64,000 nt of DNA, taken from contig OX597837.1 of NCBI GenBank assembly GCA_951406725.2, positions 22,940,001-23,004,000 on the forward strand. The letters run 5' to 3'. Origin of the DNA: Octopus vulgaris. Its lineage: Eukaryota. Under the pieces are notes generated by a model. That model had not been told where the DNA came from, made no database searches, and was given only the letters and a program-made list of their open reading frames with translations. Shown here piece after piece: positions 25,247-37,570 of this stretch. Both the position numbers and the translations under genes were made by a program. Position 1 is the stretch's first letter. Each line of letters begins with the position of its first letter.

Positions 25247-25489
25247 AGAAGAAGGAGAATAATGATAATAATAATCCTTTCTACTAAAGGCACAAGGCCT
25301 GAAATTCTTGGTGGAAGGGACTCGTCAATTACATTGACCCTAGTGTTTTACTGGTACTTAATTTATTGACCCCGAAAGGATGAAAGGCAAAGTTGACCTT
25401 AATGGAATCTGAACTCAGAACTTAAAGACAGACAAAATGCTGCTAAGTATTTTGTTCAGTGGGTTAACAACTCTGCTAGCTTGTTGCCT

Positions 25490-25525
<36 letters not shown>

Positions 25526-27128
25526 AAATAATAATAATCTTTTCTACCATAGGCACAAGTCCTGGAATTTTGGGAGAGGGGATTAGTCGATTACATCAAC
25601 CCCAATGTTTAACTGGTACTTAATTTAGCGACCCTGAATGGATGAAAGGCAAAGTCGACCTCAGTGGAATTTTAACTCAGAATGTGAAGATGGACAAAAT
25701 GCTAAGCATTTTGCTTGACATGCTAATGATTCTGCCAGATCACCACCATGATCATCAGTGCTAACGAGTCTGCCAGTGCACCACCATAATAATGATAATT
25801 ATAATAATTGCTCCTGATTAAGGCAGAAGGCCAATAGTTTTGAGGGAAAAGGTGGTTAGCTGATAACATTAAGTCAAGTACTTGAATACTTTATGAAACC
25901 CAGTGGTGTGAAAATCAAAATCATCAACTTCTGAAGGATTGGAATTAAGAACATGAAGGGCTGAAAAGCCAAAGAATTTTACTGACTTAACTGTTAAATT
26001 TAAAGACAGCATCATCTGATTTATAATTGGTAAAACTGGAAAAACACAGAACCAGTTCTGTAATGATATTGGATATGTTACCTCATAGGTAAATTCTGGA
26101 AAATAGTGACACAAGAATCTGTAGATATAGTTAAAGAACAGTCTCAGAGAATTTGAAGATTTTTAGATTTTTATATGTGATTTCCAATGTCTGGTACTGT
26201 AATTCATTTACTAGTTTCAGCCATTTGACTGTGATCCTGTTGGGATATTGTTATAAAAAGCTTTTAGTTAATCATATTGACCACAGCACTTATTTTGAAG
26301 TTTGGGACTTATCAATCTCTATTTGTCAAACCACTAAGTTATAGGACATAAATATGGAGAGGTATGTTTTTGAAGCAGTGTCAACATAATGACAGAAGAC
26401 ATACAAACACATACAAATGGTGAGCCTCTACACAGTTTCTGTCAACTAATTTCATTAATTGGTGAACCAGGGGCTTAAGTAGAAAATACTTGCCCAATAA
26501 CTCCTTTCTACTATAAGCAAAAGGCCTGAAATTTAGGGGAAGTGGGGAAGTTGATTACAACCCCAGTGCATTGCTTATTTAATTGACCCCCGAATGTGAA
26601 AACAGACAAAATACCACTAAACCTTTTGTCTGGTGTGCTAACAATTCTGTCTAAATAATAATAGTAATCTTTTTTATTATAGGTAGGAGACCTGAAATTT
26701 GGGAGAGGAGGATAGTCAATTAATTTGATCTCAGTACTCACCTGGTACTTAATTTATTGATCCCAAAAGGATGAAAAGCAAAGTCGACCTTGACGAAATT
26801 TGAACTCAGAATGTAAAGATGGACAAAATGCTACTAAGCATTTTTCCCAGTGTGCTAACTGTTCTGCCAGCTCACCGCCTTAATAATAATAATAATGATC
26901 TATTTCTTTACTACCCACAAGGGGCTAAACACAGGGAGGACAAACAAGGACAGACAAACAAATTAAGTCGATTATATCGACCCCAGTGCGTAACTGGTAT
27001 TTATTTAATCGACTCCAAAAGGATGAAAGGCAAAGTCGACCTCGGCGGAATTTGAACTCAAAACGTAACGGCAGACGAAATACGGCTACGCATTTCGCCC
27101 GGCGTGCTAACGTTTCTGCCAGCTCGCC
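24835..27128 (-). mobile_element. Series of same-orientation family-B SINEs (24835-25022, 25275-25490, 25538-25748, 26500-26880, 26903-27128) among (AAT)n, (AAG)n and (ACT)n
   Basis: Repeated atcctttctact.taggcacaaggcctgaaatt...aaaggatgaaaggcaaagtcgacct. Confidence 0.8.
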
Positions 27129-27129
27129 A

Positions 27130-27420
27130 ATAGGACTGAGGTAACTCCTCCAGAAGTTATACAGAAATAAATAGAAGATTGCCATATCATGTGAAATTGG
27201 TTGAACAATATTTCGACATCTAGCTAGAAGACACGCTAGATGCTGAAATATTGTTCAACCAATTTCACATGATATGGCAATCTTCTATTTATTTCTGTAT
27301 AATTTCTAGAGGAGTTACCTTGGTCCTATATAATCTTAACAAAAAATGAAGTAGACTGACATGTAATTTTTGAACCTGTGGAAGGCACGCTAGATGCCGA
27401 AATATCGTTCAACCAATTTC

Positions 27421-27423
<3 letters not shown>
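27130..27423. mobile_element. Penelope pLTR- or retrozyme-like unit: 154-bp tandem period plus an inverted copy (95-bp arms)
   Basis: Arms 27130-27224 and 27235-27329 are near-perfect reverse complements; gaag.cacgctagatgc.gaaatat.gttcaaccaatttca occurs at 27227 and 27381. Confidence 0.65.
27370..27412 (+). ncRNA. Minimal type-I hammerhead-ribozyme-like motif (variant core)
   Basis: Stem I ttgaac/gttcaa; core CUGUGGAA; stem II ggca-cgctaga-tgcc; GAAA; palindromic stem III AUAU; predicted cleavage triplet AUC. Confidence 0.6.
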
Positions 27424-27469
<46 letters not shown>

Positions 27470-29522
27470 TAATTCTTTTATTTTATTATTAAAAGAATTA
27501 ATTATTATTATTATTATTATGTGAATAATAATAATAATAATGATAATAATAATTATAATAATAATAATAATCCTTTCTACTAAAGGTACAAAGCCTGAAA
27601 TTTTAAGGGGAGGGGCTAGTCAATTACATCGACCGCAGTGTTTCACTGATACTTAATTTATTGACCCCCAAAAGGATGGAAAGCAAAGTCGACCAAATAA
27701 TAATAATAATCACTGTATCCCAGTCAATGTGGATGTATGAGAGACGTTTCACATCTGCTGATATCTCTGTGCTTATGTGCACAGCACGTCTAAATGAGAG
27801 ACTTTCTAAGGACTAATTCCACAATATTACAGCACTCTCATAATGCATCCACATTAAGTAGGATACAGAGACTACTATTTGGTAATAAAGCTGCCTCCAT
27901 CACAAATACCTATGAGTTTATTGATTAGATTATGTTAATATTCACTTTGGGTAATCCTTTAAGTCAATCAAAAATAACAGGGACACTGTTGGCATTTGCT
28001 TTCATGCCATTTGATGTTTAAAAACTAATTTTAAAGATATTTCTTTCAAAATTCCTATTTTGTTATTCACCCATCAGTTATTTCTTGCAATAGATACATT
28101 TAAATCAAAACTTTTCTCGGACCCTTAAAATACTACTGTGAATGCCCACTTTATTATTTCGGTAGCATGGACATCCCTGCAAAATCTATTTATATGGACC
28201 CCCCCCCACCAGGGGTCATGTGGACCCCAGTTGAGAACCACTTGTCTAATCCATGCCAGCATGGAGAGCAGACATATGATGATGATAATGATGACAATGA
28301 TGATGATGGGGACGATGATGATGATGGGGACGATGATGATGATGCTTGGTATTTCAAAGATTCATAAATCAGACAAATCTGATCATTATTATTATTAGTT
28401 CGACTTTGCTTTCCATCCTTTTGGGGTCAATAAATTAAGTATCAGGGAAACACTGGGGTTGATGTAATTGACTAGCTCCCTCCCCTTAAAATTTCAGACT
28501 TTGTACCTTTATAGAAAGGATTATTATTATTATTATTATTATTATGTGAAGATCTGCACGTAGTCCTGCAAGCTATCATCAACACGATAATGTTCTTGCA
28601 CAGCCTTAGTAAGGTTTTCCCTGCTACACTCCACCAGCTGGTTGAACTGAATTAATGACACTTAGGTACCTTCACTATGAATACACTGTATAACGGCAGA
28701 ACACAATCTGTAGGTTACTCAGTAGGAACAGTCGGCAGTCTGACACCCTACCAATTCAGTAAGTCACATCTGTCTCAAATTCTAAAAAACATTTTCTAAT
28801 ATAATTATTTTTCATGTGAAATTCAAAAGAAGCTAAAAACTATTGATGTCGGTTTACATTATTGACGATTAAAATATGTATACACAATTAGAATGCTAAA
28901 ATGTGTTGATGGCAGTGAAATAAATTAACTTTTGTAATGAGGCAGGCAAAACCCCACCCCCAAAAATATCAGAATAAAAGCTATTAGTAAAAACAAAAAA
29001 AAAACTCCAACAAAACCAAATAACAAAATGTCATAATTGATGCAGTTCACAAGAGAATGAAAAGATAGTGATTAGAAAGAAAACATTATCAACATATTAA
29101 GTTGATAGTTAGAATTGCATTAATTAATAACTAACGACTACCCCTTCTCCTTTCCACCTAAATACAAATTGTAATTTCTGAATTATCTTATACCATATAA
29201 TTTTCTGATTAATAATCTACAAAAAAAAGACGTAGCCATCAGAAGTTACCTACAAAACAAATTAGCAAAGAATTTGTATTAAATTATTCAGACATTGTCA
29301 TGGCAATAGAAACGGCAAACATTCGCTGACAATCATTTCTCATATGTTGAGAATAGGTAAAAAAAAAAAAACCCAAAAAACTGAAAAAAAAACCCAAACA
29401 AAACAAAACCTAATTAAACATAAATTACATGAAATATAAGCATGTAGCACGTGTATACTACAATATATGCATATTGTCAGTAAATCATAAATCCGAAAGA
29501 GAATCATAATATATATATTATA

Positions 29523-29587
29523 TAGTATAGTGGTAAGTATCCCCGCCTGTCACGCGGGAGACCGGGGTTCGATTCCCCGCTGGGAAG
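29523..29587 (+). pseudogene. tRNA-Asp(GTC)-derived sequence lacking the 5' acceptor strand (head of a mini-SINE)
   Basis: tagtatagtggtaagtatccccgcctGTCacgcgggagaccggggttcgattccccg has intact D, anticodon and T arms; the upstream tattata cannot pair with ctgggaa. Confidence 0.85.
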
Positions 29588-29658
29588 ACATTTGTACTTT
29601 AATGGCGGTGCCCCAGCATGGCCATAGCTCGTGAGCTGAAACTAGTATCAATCAATCA
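29523..29658 (+). mobile_element. tRNA-Asp head + CR1-type tail mini-SINE
   Basis: The tRNA part is followed by atggcggtgccccagcatggccatagctcgtgagctgaaacta, matching the LINE end at 47808-47850, then (TCAA)n. Confidence 0.7.
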
Positions 29659-31077
29659 TATGTATATGTATGAAATATTCTAAGAGCCAGCTCTTTTGGT
29701 CAAACCATAGTTGTTCCCTTGGGTGGGAACAACCATAGCAACTATGGCAATAATGATCAAAATGCTCCACACCATGTATGATCAAAAGGAAGATCCATAA
29801 TGATGGTAATTACTTCAAACATTACTCAGAATTACTAATTAACTAAATTAAATTAATATTATATTCCTTTGTTTGATTGGTTCAATATTTCAAAAATTTC
29901 CAATCAATGCCTTTTGACTGAACAAACCATTACTGTTCCCCTCTCGATGTTCATCGATCCATATTTAATATTGTAACACAACATAATTAACTCCCTTACT
30001 CTGATGACGCTAAAAGCTCAGTCACTCCTTCCTTTTAAACTTACAAACGATTAACATAATCATCCTTTCTCCCCGCTTGCTATTGAGTTGTTTCAAAGTA
30101 CAGGTGACTTTATAGAACACTCTCAGTGAAAAAGCTTTTTACCTCCAGTCATGTATTTAACCAGCTGTCACACATTAATAATAAAGAGCTGTATCCCATC
30201 TATAATAATGTCTCCAATGTTAAACCATGATTGTCATCATAGCAATGCCGAACTTCTCATTGTTTTTTTTTTTTTTTTTTTTTTTGAGGGTTTTTTTTTT
30301 GCTCTTCTTTTTTTTTATCCTTTCATTTCTAGTTTCCTTATTTTTCAATGCTGCCTCATTTTGGTAAAATAACAACATTTCTGAAAGTATTTAATGCGGT
30401 GGATGAACAGATGAACAAGCTGTTGGGGAATTCTCTACTTCCACTGTTAGCAATTACAAATGATTGATCAAGTGTGTTTGAAAGCACATTTTCCAATGAT
30501 TGTTTGAAATTATTCACCAAATCAAATCAAAATCATTGTTTGGATCCTTATATTTAGAAAAATCATAAAGGCTTGACTACCACCAGAGTCCCATAATAGA
30601 ACAACCTTCCATCAATACAATTGTAATTTTTTTTTGTGTTTTTCTTTTTACCTTGTTAATTTAGAACGACTAATGGAAAATATACATCTTTACACTGATT
30701 GTGTACAATGATGTATATAAATAGGATTGTGTAGAAAATGTTCAAGTCAGTAACAATAATTAATCAACTTCATTTTATTTTTCCTTATATAAAACATCAT
30801 CATCATCATCGTTATCATCACATTTTTATGCTTGCTTTTTTTTCCATTTTGACATGGATTAGATGAGTATTATTGCAGTAATGCAGTTTTCTATGACAGA
30901 TGCCCTTCCTATTTGCCAAACCTTACTTGTATTTTCAAATAAGATACTTTTAATCCATTACTGTTCACTTGTCAAAACATGAGATATGCTGAACTATGGA
31001 AAGCTCAGCTTACAGGAGATTTAAAAACCAAGTGTGATTAGATAAAAACATGAAGAAACCAGCTCACCTTCCCCCCA

Positions 31078-31137
<60 letters not shown>

Positions 31138-31140
<3 letters not shown>

Positions 31141-31422
31141 AGTCATTCCATAAATGATGTGGTTCTTTTATACTTTTATTTTTCAAAATTAAGATAACCA
31201 AAGATTATTTTTTAGTCTAAAATATACTCTCCTTCATTTTCTACAACATTCTTCTATCTATCTGGTAGACTTGCAAAGATCCCTCTTCCAAACTTCACTT
31301 GTCTATGATAAAAAACACTCCTTTAGTACTGTTCTGACCTTGCCTACAGAATTCATATTTTTCCGTACAAATGATTTTGAAGACTGTGGAGTAAATGATA
31401 ATCAGAGGGGGGAATGTCTGAT
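31138..31422 (-). mobile_element. mariner transposase 3' remnant
   Basis: SDIPPSDYHLLHSLQNHL (YSPDxAPxDY motif) ... SLPDR*KNVVENEGEYILD*, next to (TA)n. Confidence 0.85.
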
Positions 31423-31686
31423 GATGATGATGATGTTAGTCGAATACGGAGCAGTAATAAGAAAATGAGATGACAAAGGAATAAATGATAATCTGATTGT
31501 TTAATCCTTTTGCCATCTCATTTTCCTATACATATAAGAGAGTAAAGATAATCTGCTCAAAAGACAACTGGCAAACAGTCTTGTTTTCAGCTTGATAAAT
31601 GGCAGAATAAATTATTTTGATCAGGAAAACCTGGGTAGCTGTATTTACAAGGTTTGTAATTTTTATAAGATTATATATATATATAT

Positions 31687-32065
31687 AGGGAAAGTTTATG
31701 AAAAAAAAACAAAAGACGTAGATAGGTGGGGTACAAAACAACCATGTATTACTATAGCGCTCAGGAATAGAAAAAGTCTTTTACGTTTCGAGCCTACGCT
31801 CTTCTACAGAAAGGTACACAGAAAAACGAGGAGAGAAAAAAATGTGTGCAGTGGCCAACGATCTATCATGGCATCTGACTCGGACAAAATGGTCAGACAG
31901 GAAGAGGAATGTAGGGGAGATAACAAGGTAAAGATGATCCCCAACACAAAGGTGTGTGTGTGTATAAGAGAGTATGTATGTGCGTGTGAAAGAGGGCTGG
32001 TGGTCTGGACGTGTGTATGTATGTATGTATGTGTAGGTGTGAAGATGTGGGGATGGGTGTGTGAT
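31687..32065 (-). mobile_element. Penelope-like element terminal fragment between (TA)n tracts
   Basis: Contains the PLE-type terminal motif ctgtagaagagcgtaggctcgaaacgt. Confidence 0.55.
31778..31813 (-). ncRNA. Minimal hammerhead-ribozyme-like motif (variant core)
   Basis: Minus strand: cttt-CUGUAGAA-gagc(gtag)gctc-GAAA-cgt-a-aaag; stem I cttt/aaag, palindromic stem III ACGU, triplet GUA. Confidence 0.6.
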
Positions 32066-32952
32066 ATATATATATATATATATAAAAGTTGAAAAACATA
32101 TAACATATAATAAATACATGAATGAATGGAAAACAGACATAGAAGCTCAGCAACTCCTCATTAGTTATCAGCCTGAGGGTCAAATGCAATTTTACACACA
32201 TACACACACACACACACACAGAAGGTCAGGATATTAATATTTTGTATTGATTATCTTCTCTTTCATCTTTTCCTTGTTTCAGTCAAATTTTTAACATACC
32301 ATGTCTAAAAGGAAAGCTATTCCTTACACAAACATACACACATACACGAATTCACTTTGAATTTAACCAATTGTAGATCACTTTGAAAACATTGTGTTAA
32401 CATGTATTTTCGGAAATATGAATTTAAATGATATTTGATATTTTCTCTATCTAAATATGTTAATAGAAACAATTGTTGGCTTTGTAAGATGAATTCTACA
32501 ATTAAAAACAATTTTCTCTATATGTATATATTTTATGTATAACACACTGAATTTCTCAAAATTCTCCTAATGATATTTAAATCTACTTGCATTTATTGGC
32601 ATCTGATTGCTGGATATATTTAACCAAATTCATTTAAAACTGAGTGCTTTATTGATATCTGCCTGAATTTTTAATCCCTTTTTTTCTTATATATATATTC
32701 ATCACCCTTTTGTACTATCTTATATCTCTCCCCACCATTACACACTCAATAACACTATAAAAATAGTCAAATTTTCCCAAGAACTTAATTCAATTTGAAA
32801 ACTCCACTAGAATGGACGAAAGCACTAATATATGATATATGATGTATAAAAACATGTAATATACAAATAAATATCTGTAAATATAAAACCATCCGAATTT
32901 CTGAGTACCTCATTTCAGCTAATATAAAATACCTGTACATCATCTCCAAACC

Positions 32953-32997
<45 letters not shown>

Positions 32998-33129
32998 ATA
33001 AAATAAATGATGGATAGGTGTCAAATAAGTAATAATTTTACATTCTGGTATACACCATGTGAACTGATAACCAAGTCTGTAAGAGGAGCTTACTGTGATA
33101 GCCACATGATTTTCTGAATCTGTTGTAAA

Positions 33130-33289
33130 CGTGGGCATGGCTGTGTGGTTAAGAAGCTTGCTTCCCAAATGCATAGTTCCAGTTTCAGTCCCACAGCATG
33201 GTACCATGCCCAGGTGTCTTTTATTATGGCCTCAGGTCAACCAAAGCTTTGTGAATGGATTTGGTAGATAGAAACTGAAAGAATTCGGT

Positions 33290-33323
<34 letters not shown>

Positions 33324-33703
33324 TCCCACCACCACTTAACAACCAATGTTGAATTTTTTATGATTCTGTAACCCTAGTGACTCACCAAAAAGCATTGAGA
33401 GAATAATAACCAGGCTTATAAATGAAATAGGGCTTGGGGTTGATTTATTTGACTAAAACCCTTCAAAGTGGTGCCCCAGCATGGTCACAGTTCAATGACT
33501 GAAACAAGAAGATAAAGGATAAAAGATTTCCATGAGGCTGTGTGGTAAGTAGCTTGCTTACCAACCACATGGTTCCGGGTTCGTTCCCACTGCGTGGCAC
33601 CTTGGGCAAGTGTCTTCTACGATAGCCTCGGGCTGACTAAAGCCTTGTGAGTGGATTTGGTAGACAGAAACTGAAAGAAGCCCATCGTATATGTATATAT
33701 ATA

Positions 33704-33755
<52 letters not shown>

Positions 33756-33960
33756 CTTGTGTGACTGTGTTTGTGCCCCCAGCATCGCTTGACAACTGAT
33801 GGTGGTGTGTTTGTGTCCCTGTAACTTAGTGGTTCAGCAAAAGAGACCGATAGAATAAGTACTAGGCTTACAAAGAATAAGTCCTGGGGTTGATTTGCTC
33901 GACTAAAGGCGGTGCTCCAGCATGGCTGCAATCAAATGACTGAGACAAGTAAAAGAGTAA
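33130..33960 (+). mobile_element. Two tandem family-A SINEs (older 33130-33525, younger 33535-33960)
   Basis: Consensus match. Confidence 0.85.
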
Positions 33961-34624
33961 ACAAAACACTTCCAGTTTCTGTGGATGAATGAACACGTGT
34001 AAGTTTAGACAAATTATAGATGTTTCCCTTCCCGGCTCAACACACAAAACTACGCATACAACAGTGAATGTAAGAAGAGAGATTTAAAATCCAGATACTT
34101 TAATAATCACCAGTATTCTCCAGGCTGTACCGAATGTTCTTCAAAACTAAACCATTTCACTGATAAGCTAACCAAATACTGAATCATACAAAAGTAATAC
34201 AGAAAAGCACATGGCTTAAGTAAATGCTAAAACCCCAAATTTAATATTGATAGAAATGCTGTCAAAAGCAGAAGCTATGCTTATGCATGGAATGCATGTG
34301 GAAAATTACCAAAAAAAAAAAAATACATATATATATATATATATATGTATGTATTCAAAACTTCTTAAATCTTTTACCTGCTTTAATAGATTTAATTCTA
34401 GTAAGAAATGTCGACAAATCTGGTAAGAAAAGTTTGATTGATATTGATATAATGATGAATGACAAATAGCTACGGCTTAATGTATTTGGTCTCTTGTTCG
34501 TAATCAGTGAATTATTTCGATTTAGTTAGGGAGAGTATATATCATTCCTAACTTAATGAAACTGAAGAGTCCTCCCTCTCTTTCTCCGAAGATATAAAGT
34601 ATTAAACTTTTATGCAAGATCTGC

Positions 34625-35105
34625 GCATGTGTGTACATATACACATGCTTTCTCACATACACACACACACAAACATTCACATATGCATATCTACACACAC
34701 ACACACACACACATATATGTGTATATATATATATATTTACATACACAGATGTATATATATACATATATACAAATTCACACACATATATATACATGCATGC
34801 ATGCACACACACACATGCAAACATATGCATATCTACACACACACACACACACATGTAAACATATGCATATCTACACACACACACACACACACACATGCAA
34901 ACATATGCATATCTACACACACACACACACACACATGTAAACATATGCATATCTACACACACACACACACACACACATGTATATATATATATATTTTTTA
35001 TATATATATATATTTACATATACACGCACATATACATACAGATGTATATATACAAGTATACAAATTCACACACATATGTATACATGCATATATGCACACA
35101 CACAC
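34625..35105. repeat. Compound CA/TA minisatellite with a ~40-bp unit (aacatatgcatatct(ac)n atg.a)
   Basis: Read directly; it generates the spurious His/Thr-rich ORFs. Confidence 0.9.
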
Positions 35106-36060
35106 ATCATCATCATCATCATCGTTTAACGTCCACTTTCCATGCTAGCATAGGTTGGACGATTTTGACATAGGGCTGGCGAACCAGATGGCTGCACAAG
35201 GCTCCAATCTTGATCTGGCAGAGTTTCTACAGCTGGATGCCCTTCCTAACGACAATCACTCTGAGAGTGTAGTGGGTGCTTTTTACATGCCACTGGCACG
35301 GGGCCAGTCAGGCAGTAATGGTAATGACCTCGCTTGAATCTTTTTACAGGTGCCAGTAAGGCGACGCTGGTGTGCATGCATATATATATACATATATGCA
35401 TGCACACACACACACGCGCGTGCGCAGGTGATAAATCTCAATGAATTTATAGCTATCAAAAAGTAAATACACTAGTGCTTCCCAAAGTAGGCAGCACTTC
35501 CCTAGTAAAGTGGTGGAACATTTTGTATGTGCACTGGTGTCAAAAGAAGAGGGATGGTACTAAACATATTTGTACAAACTTGAAAATAAATAAAAAAAAA
35601 AAAGAAAAGAAAAGAAAAGATGAAAATATTCACAATAAGTATGTATCTGGAATATCAATCAGACTTGAAACTAAATGAAACCAAACCAAAGTGATTAAAA
35701 ATTTAGGACCAAAAAAATATTCTTTTAAGATAAAAAGATTCAATATGATCAGTGAGTAGAACTCAAGTGAATAATTCTGATAATATCTAGAGGAAACTAT
35801 TAGTCCTTCTGCAGACAATCTCTTTGGTGTTGGTGGCAGAATGAAATGCAGCCAGTAAACAGGGTAAAATGATTGATGACAAGAAGAGTATCCAACAGTA
35901 AAAACCCATGCCTCCCTACATTTATTCTGGCATAGTAAATGTATGTATACATCATGTATCATACTAAATGTATATACAACATTGAAAAGCACAATGCTGT
36001 GATTTTAGCCAGAGTGAAATCTTTTTGTACACTTGTGTTAAAAACCTTATATATATATAT

Positions 36061-36372
36061 CACTGTGATCACCGTGACTGACCAGGCTATCAGATGTTGC
36101 TACACATCGCTGGTCACAATGCGCTTCGCATTGTTTTAGCCTTCAAACGACGCCACCCCGCTGGCTAAGCGAGCAGGCCAACAGAAGAAAGAGTGAGAGA
36201 AAATTGTGGCGAAAGAGTACAGCATGGACCGCCACCACCCCCTGTCGGAACCTCGTGGAGTTTTAGGTGTTTTCGCTCAATAAACACTCACATCGCCCGG
36301 TCTGGGAAACGAAACCGTGATCCTATGACCGCGAGTCCGCTGCCCTAACCACTTGGCCATTGCACCTCCACC
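36061..36372 (-). mobile_element. Full-length tRNA-derived SINE (possibly OR-like)
   Basis: Minus head gtggaggtgcaatggccaagtggttagggcagcggactcgcggtc...ggtttcgtttccc. Confidence 0.75.
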
Positions 36373-36837
36373 TATATATATATATATATATATATCTTAA
36401 TAAGGAAAACAGTCACAGCAGTGATTCATAGGAAAAAAAACATGTTTCGTCCTACTCGGGGCTTGTCAATGTCAAGAAGTTCATGTCAACATTCACACAC
36501 ACACACACACTATTATATATAAACAATAAAAACTGACCAAAACTATAGAATTATTAATATATATAAGGCTGATGAAATTACACAGAGATGTTTTAGAAAA
36601 AAAAAGACAATTGTTTATATAGATATTTGTAATTCTATCAGAATGTTTTGTAGCTAAATGAAAATCATAGAAATTACGATGCCAGCGCTACAAGACAAAT
36701 GCATCTATGTATGCAGTATACATTAAACCAGCGCTTTTGGGACCTTCGTGGTACTAGATTATCATATATGTCAGTGTATGAAACCGAATCTTAAAGAAAT
36801 GAAGCAAACAACTAAAGAACACAACAACAACAACAAC

Positions 36838-36883
<46 letters not shown>

Positions 36884-36884
36884 G

Positions 36885-37335
36885 TGGTTCCAAAGTTTGG
36901 CATAAGACCAGTAATTTGGGGGGGGGATAAGTCAGTTACATCGATCCCAGTGCTCAACCAGTTCTTATTTTATCAACCCTGAAGGATGAAAGGCGAAGTC
37001 AACCTCGGTGGAATTTGAACTCGGAACGTAATAACAGATGAAATACTGTTAAGCATTTTGCCTGGTATGCTAACAATTCTACCAGCTCACTGCCTTAATG
37101 ATAACAATGATAATAATAATAACAATACTTTCTACTATAGGCACAAGGCTTGAAATTTTCGGGGAAGAGACTAATCGATTACATCAACCCCAGTGCATAA
37201 CTGGTATTTAATTTATCGACCCCGAAAGGATAAAAGGCAAAGTCGACATTGGCAGAATTTTTAACTCAGAACGTGGAGACAGATGAAATACTGCGAAGCA
37301 TTTTGCCCAGCATGCTAATGATTCTGCCAGCTAAA
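36885..37335 (-). mobile_element. Two family-B SINEs with different tails
   Basis: Same Meta-like core; the two tails begin ggttccaaagtttggcataagacc and ctttctactataggcacaagg on the + strand. Confidence 0.8.
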
Positions 37336-37526
37336 TGCCTCCAGAAAACTGGAAAATCCAGAAACTCAAGACACTTCTGGTTCTTAACTTGCTGGATAAT
37401 TGGTCCAATACTGTATTTTGTTTTTTAGTTCCATCAATTTTCTCTAAATACATCTGTCTTGAGTAATTCAAAGGGTTAAACTTTCTTACTTATAACGAAG
37501 ATATTCCAGAAAAATATTTCAGCTTT

Positions 37527-37570
<44 letters not shown>

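Noticed and set aside
29516-29587. Functional tRNA-Asp gene
   Set aside because: The acceptor stem cannot form and a LINE-type tail follows.
29999-30030. CTGATGA motifs (also near 2368 and 53683) as canonical hammerheads
   Set aside because: There is no stem II + GAAA + stem I closure.
34522-35173. His/Thr- and Cys/Val-rich ORFs of up to 178 aa
   Set aside because: They are translations of a CA/TA minisatellite.
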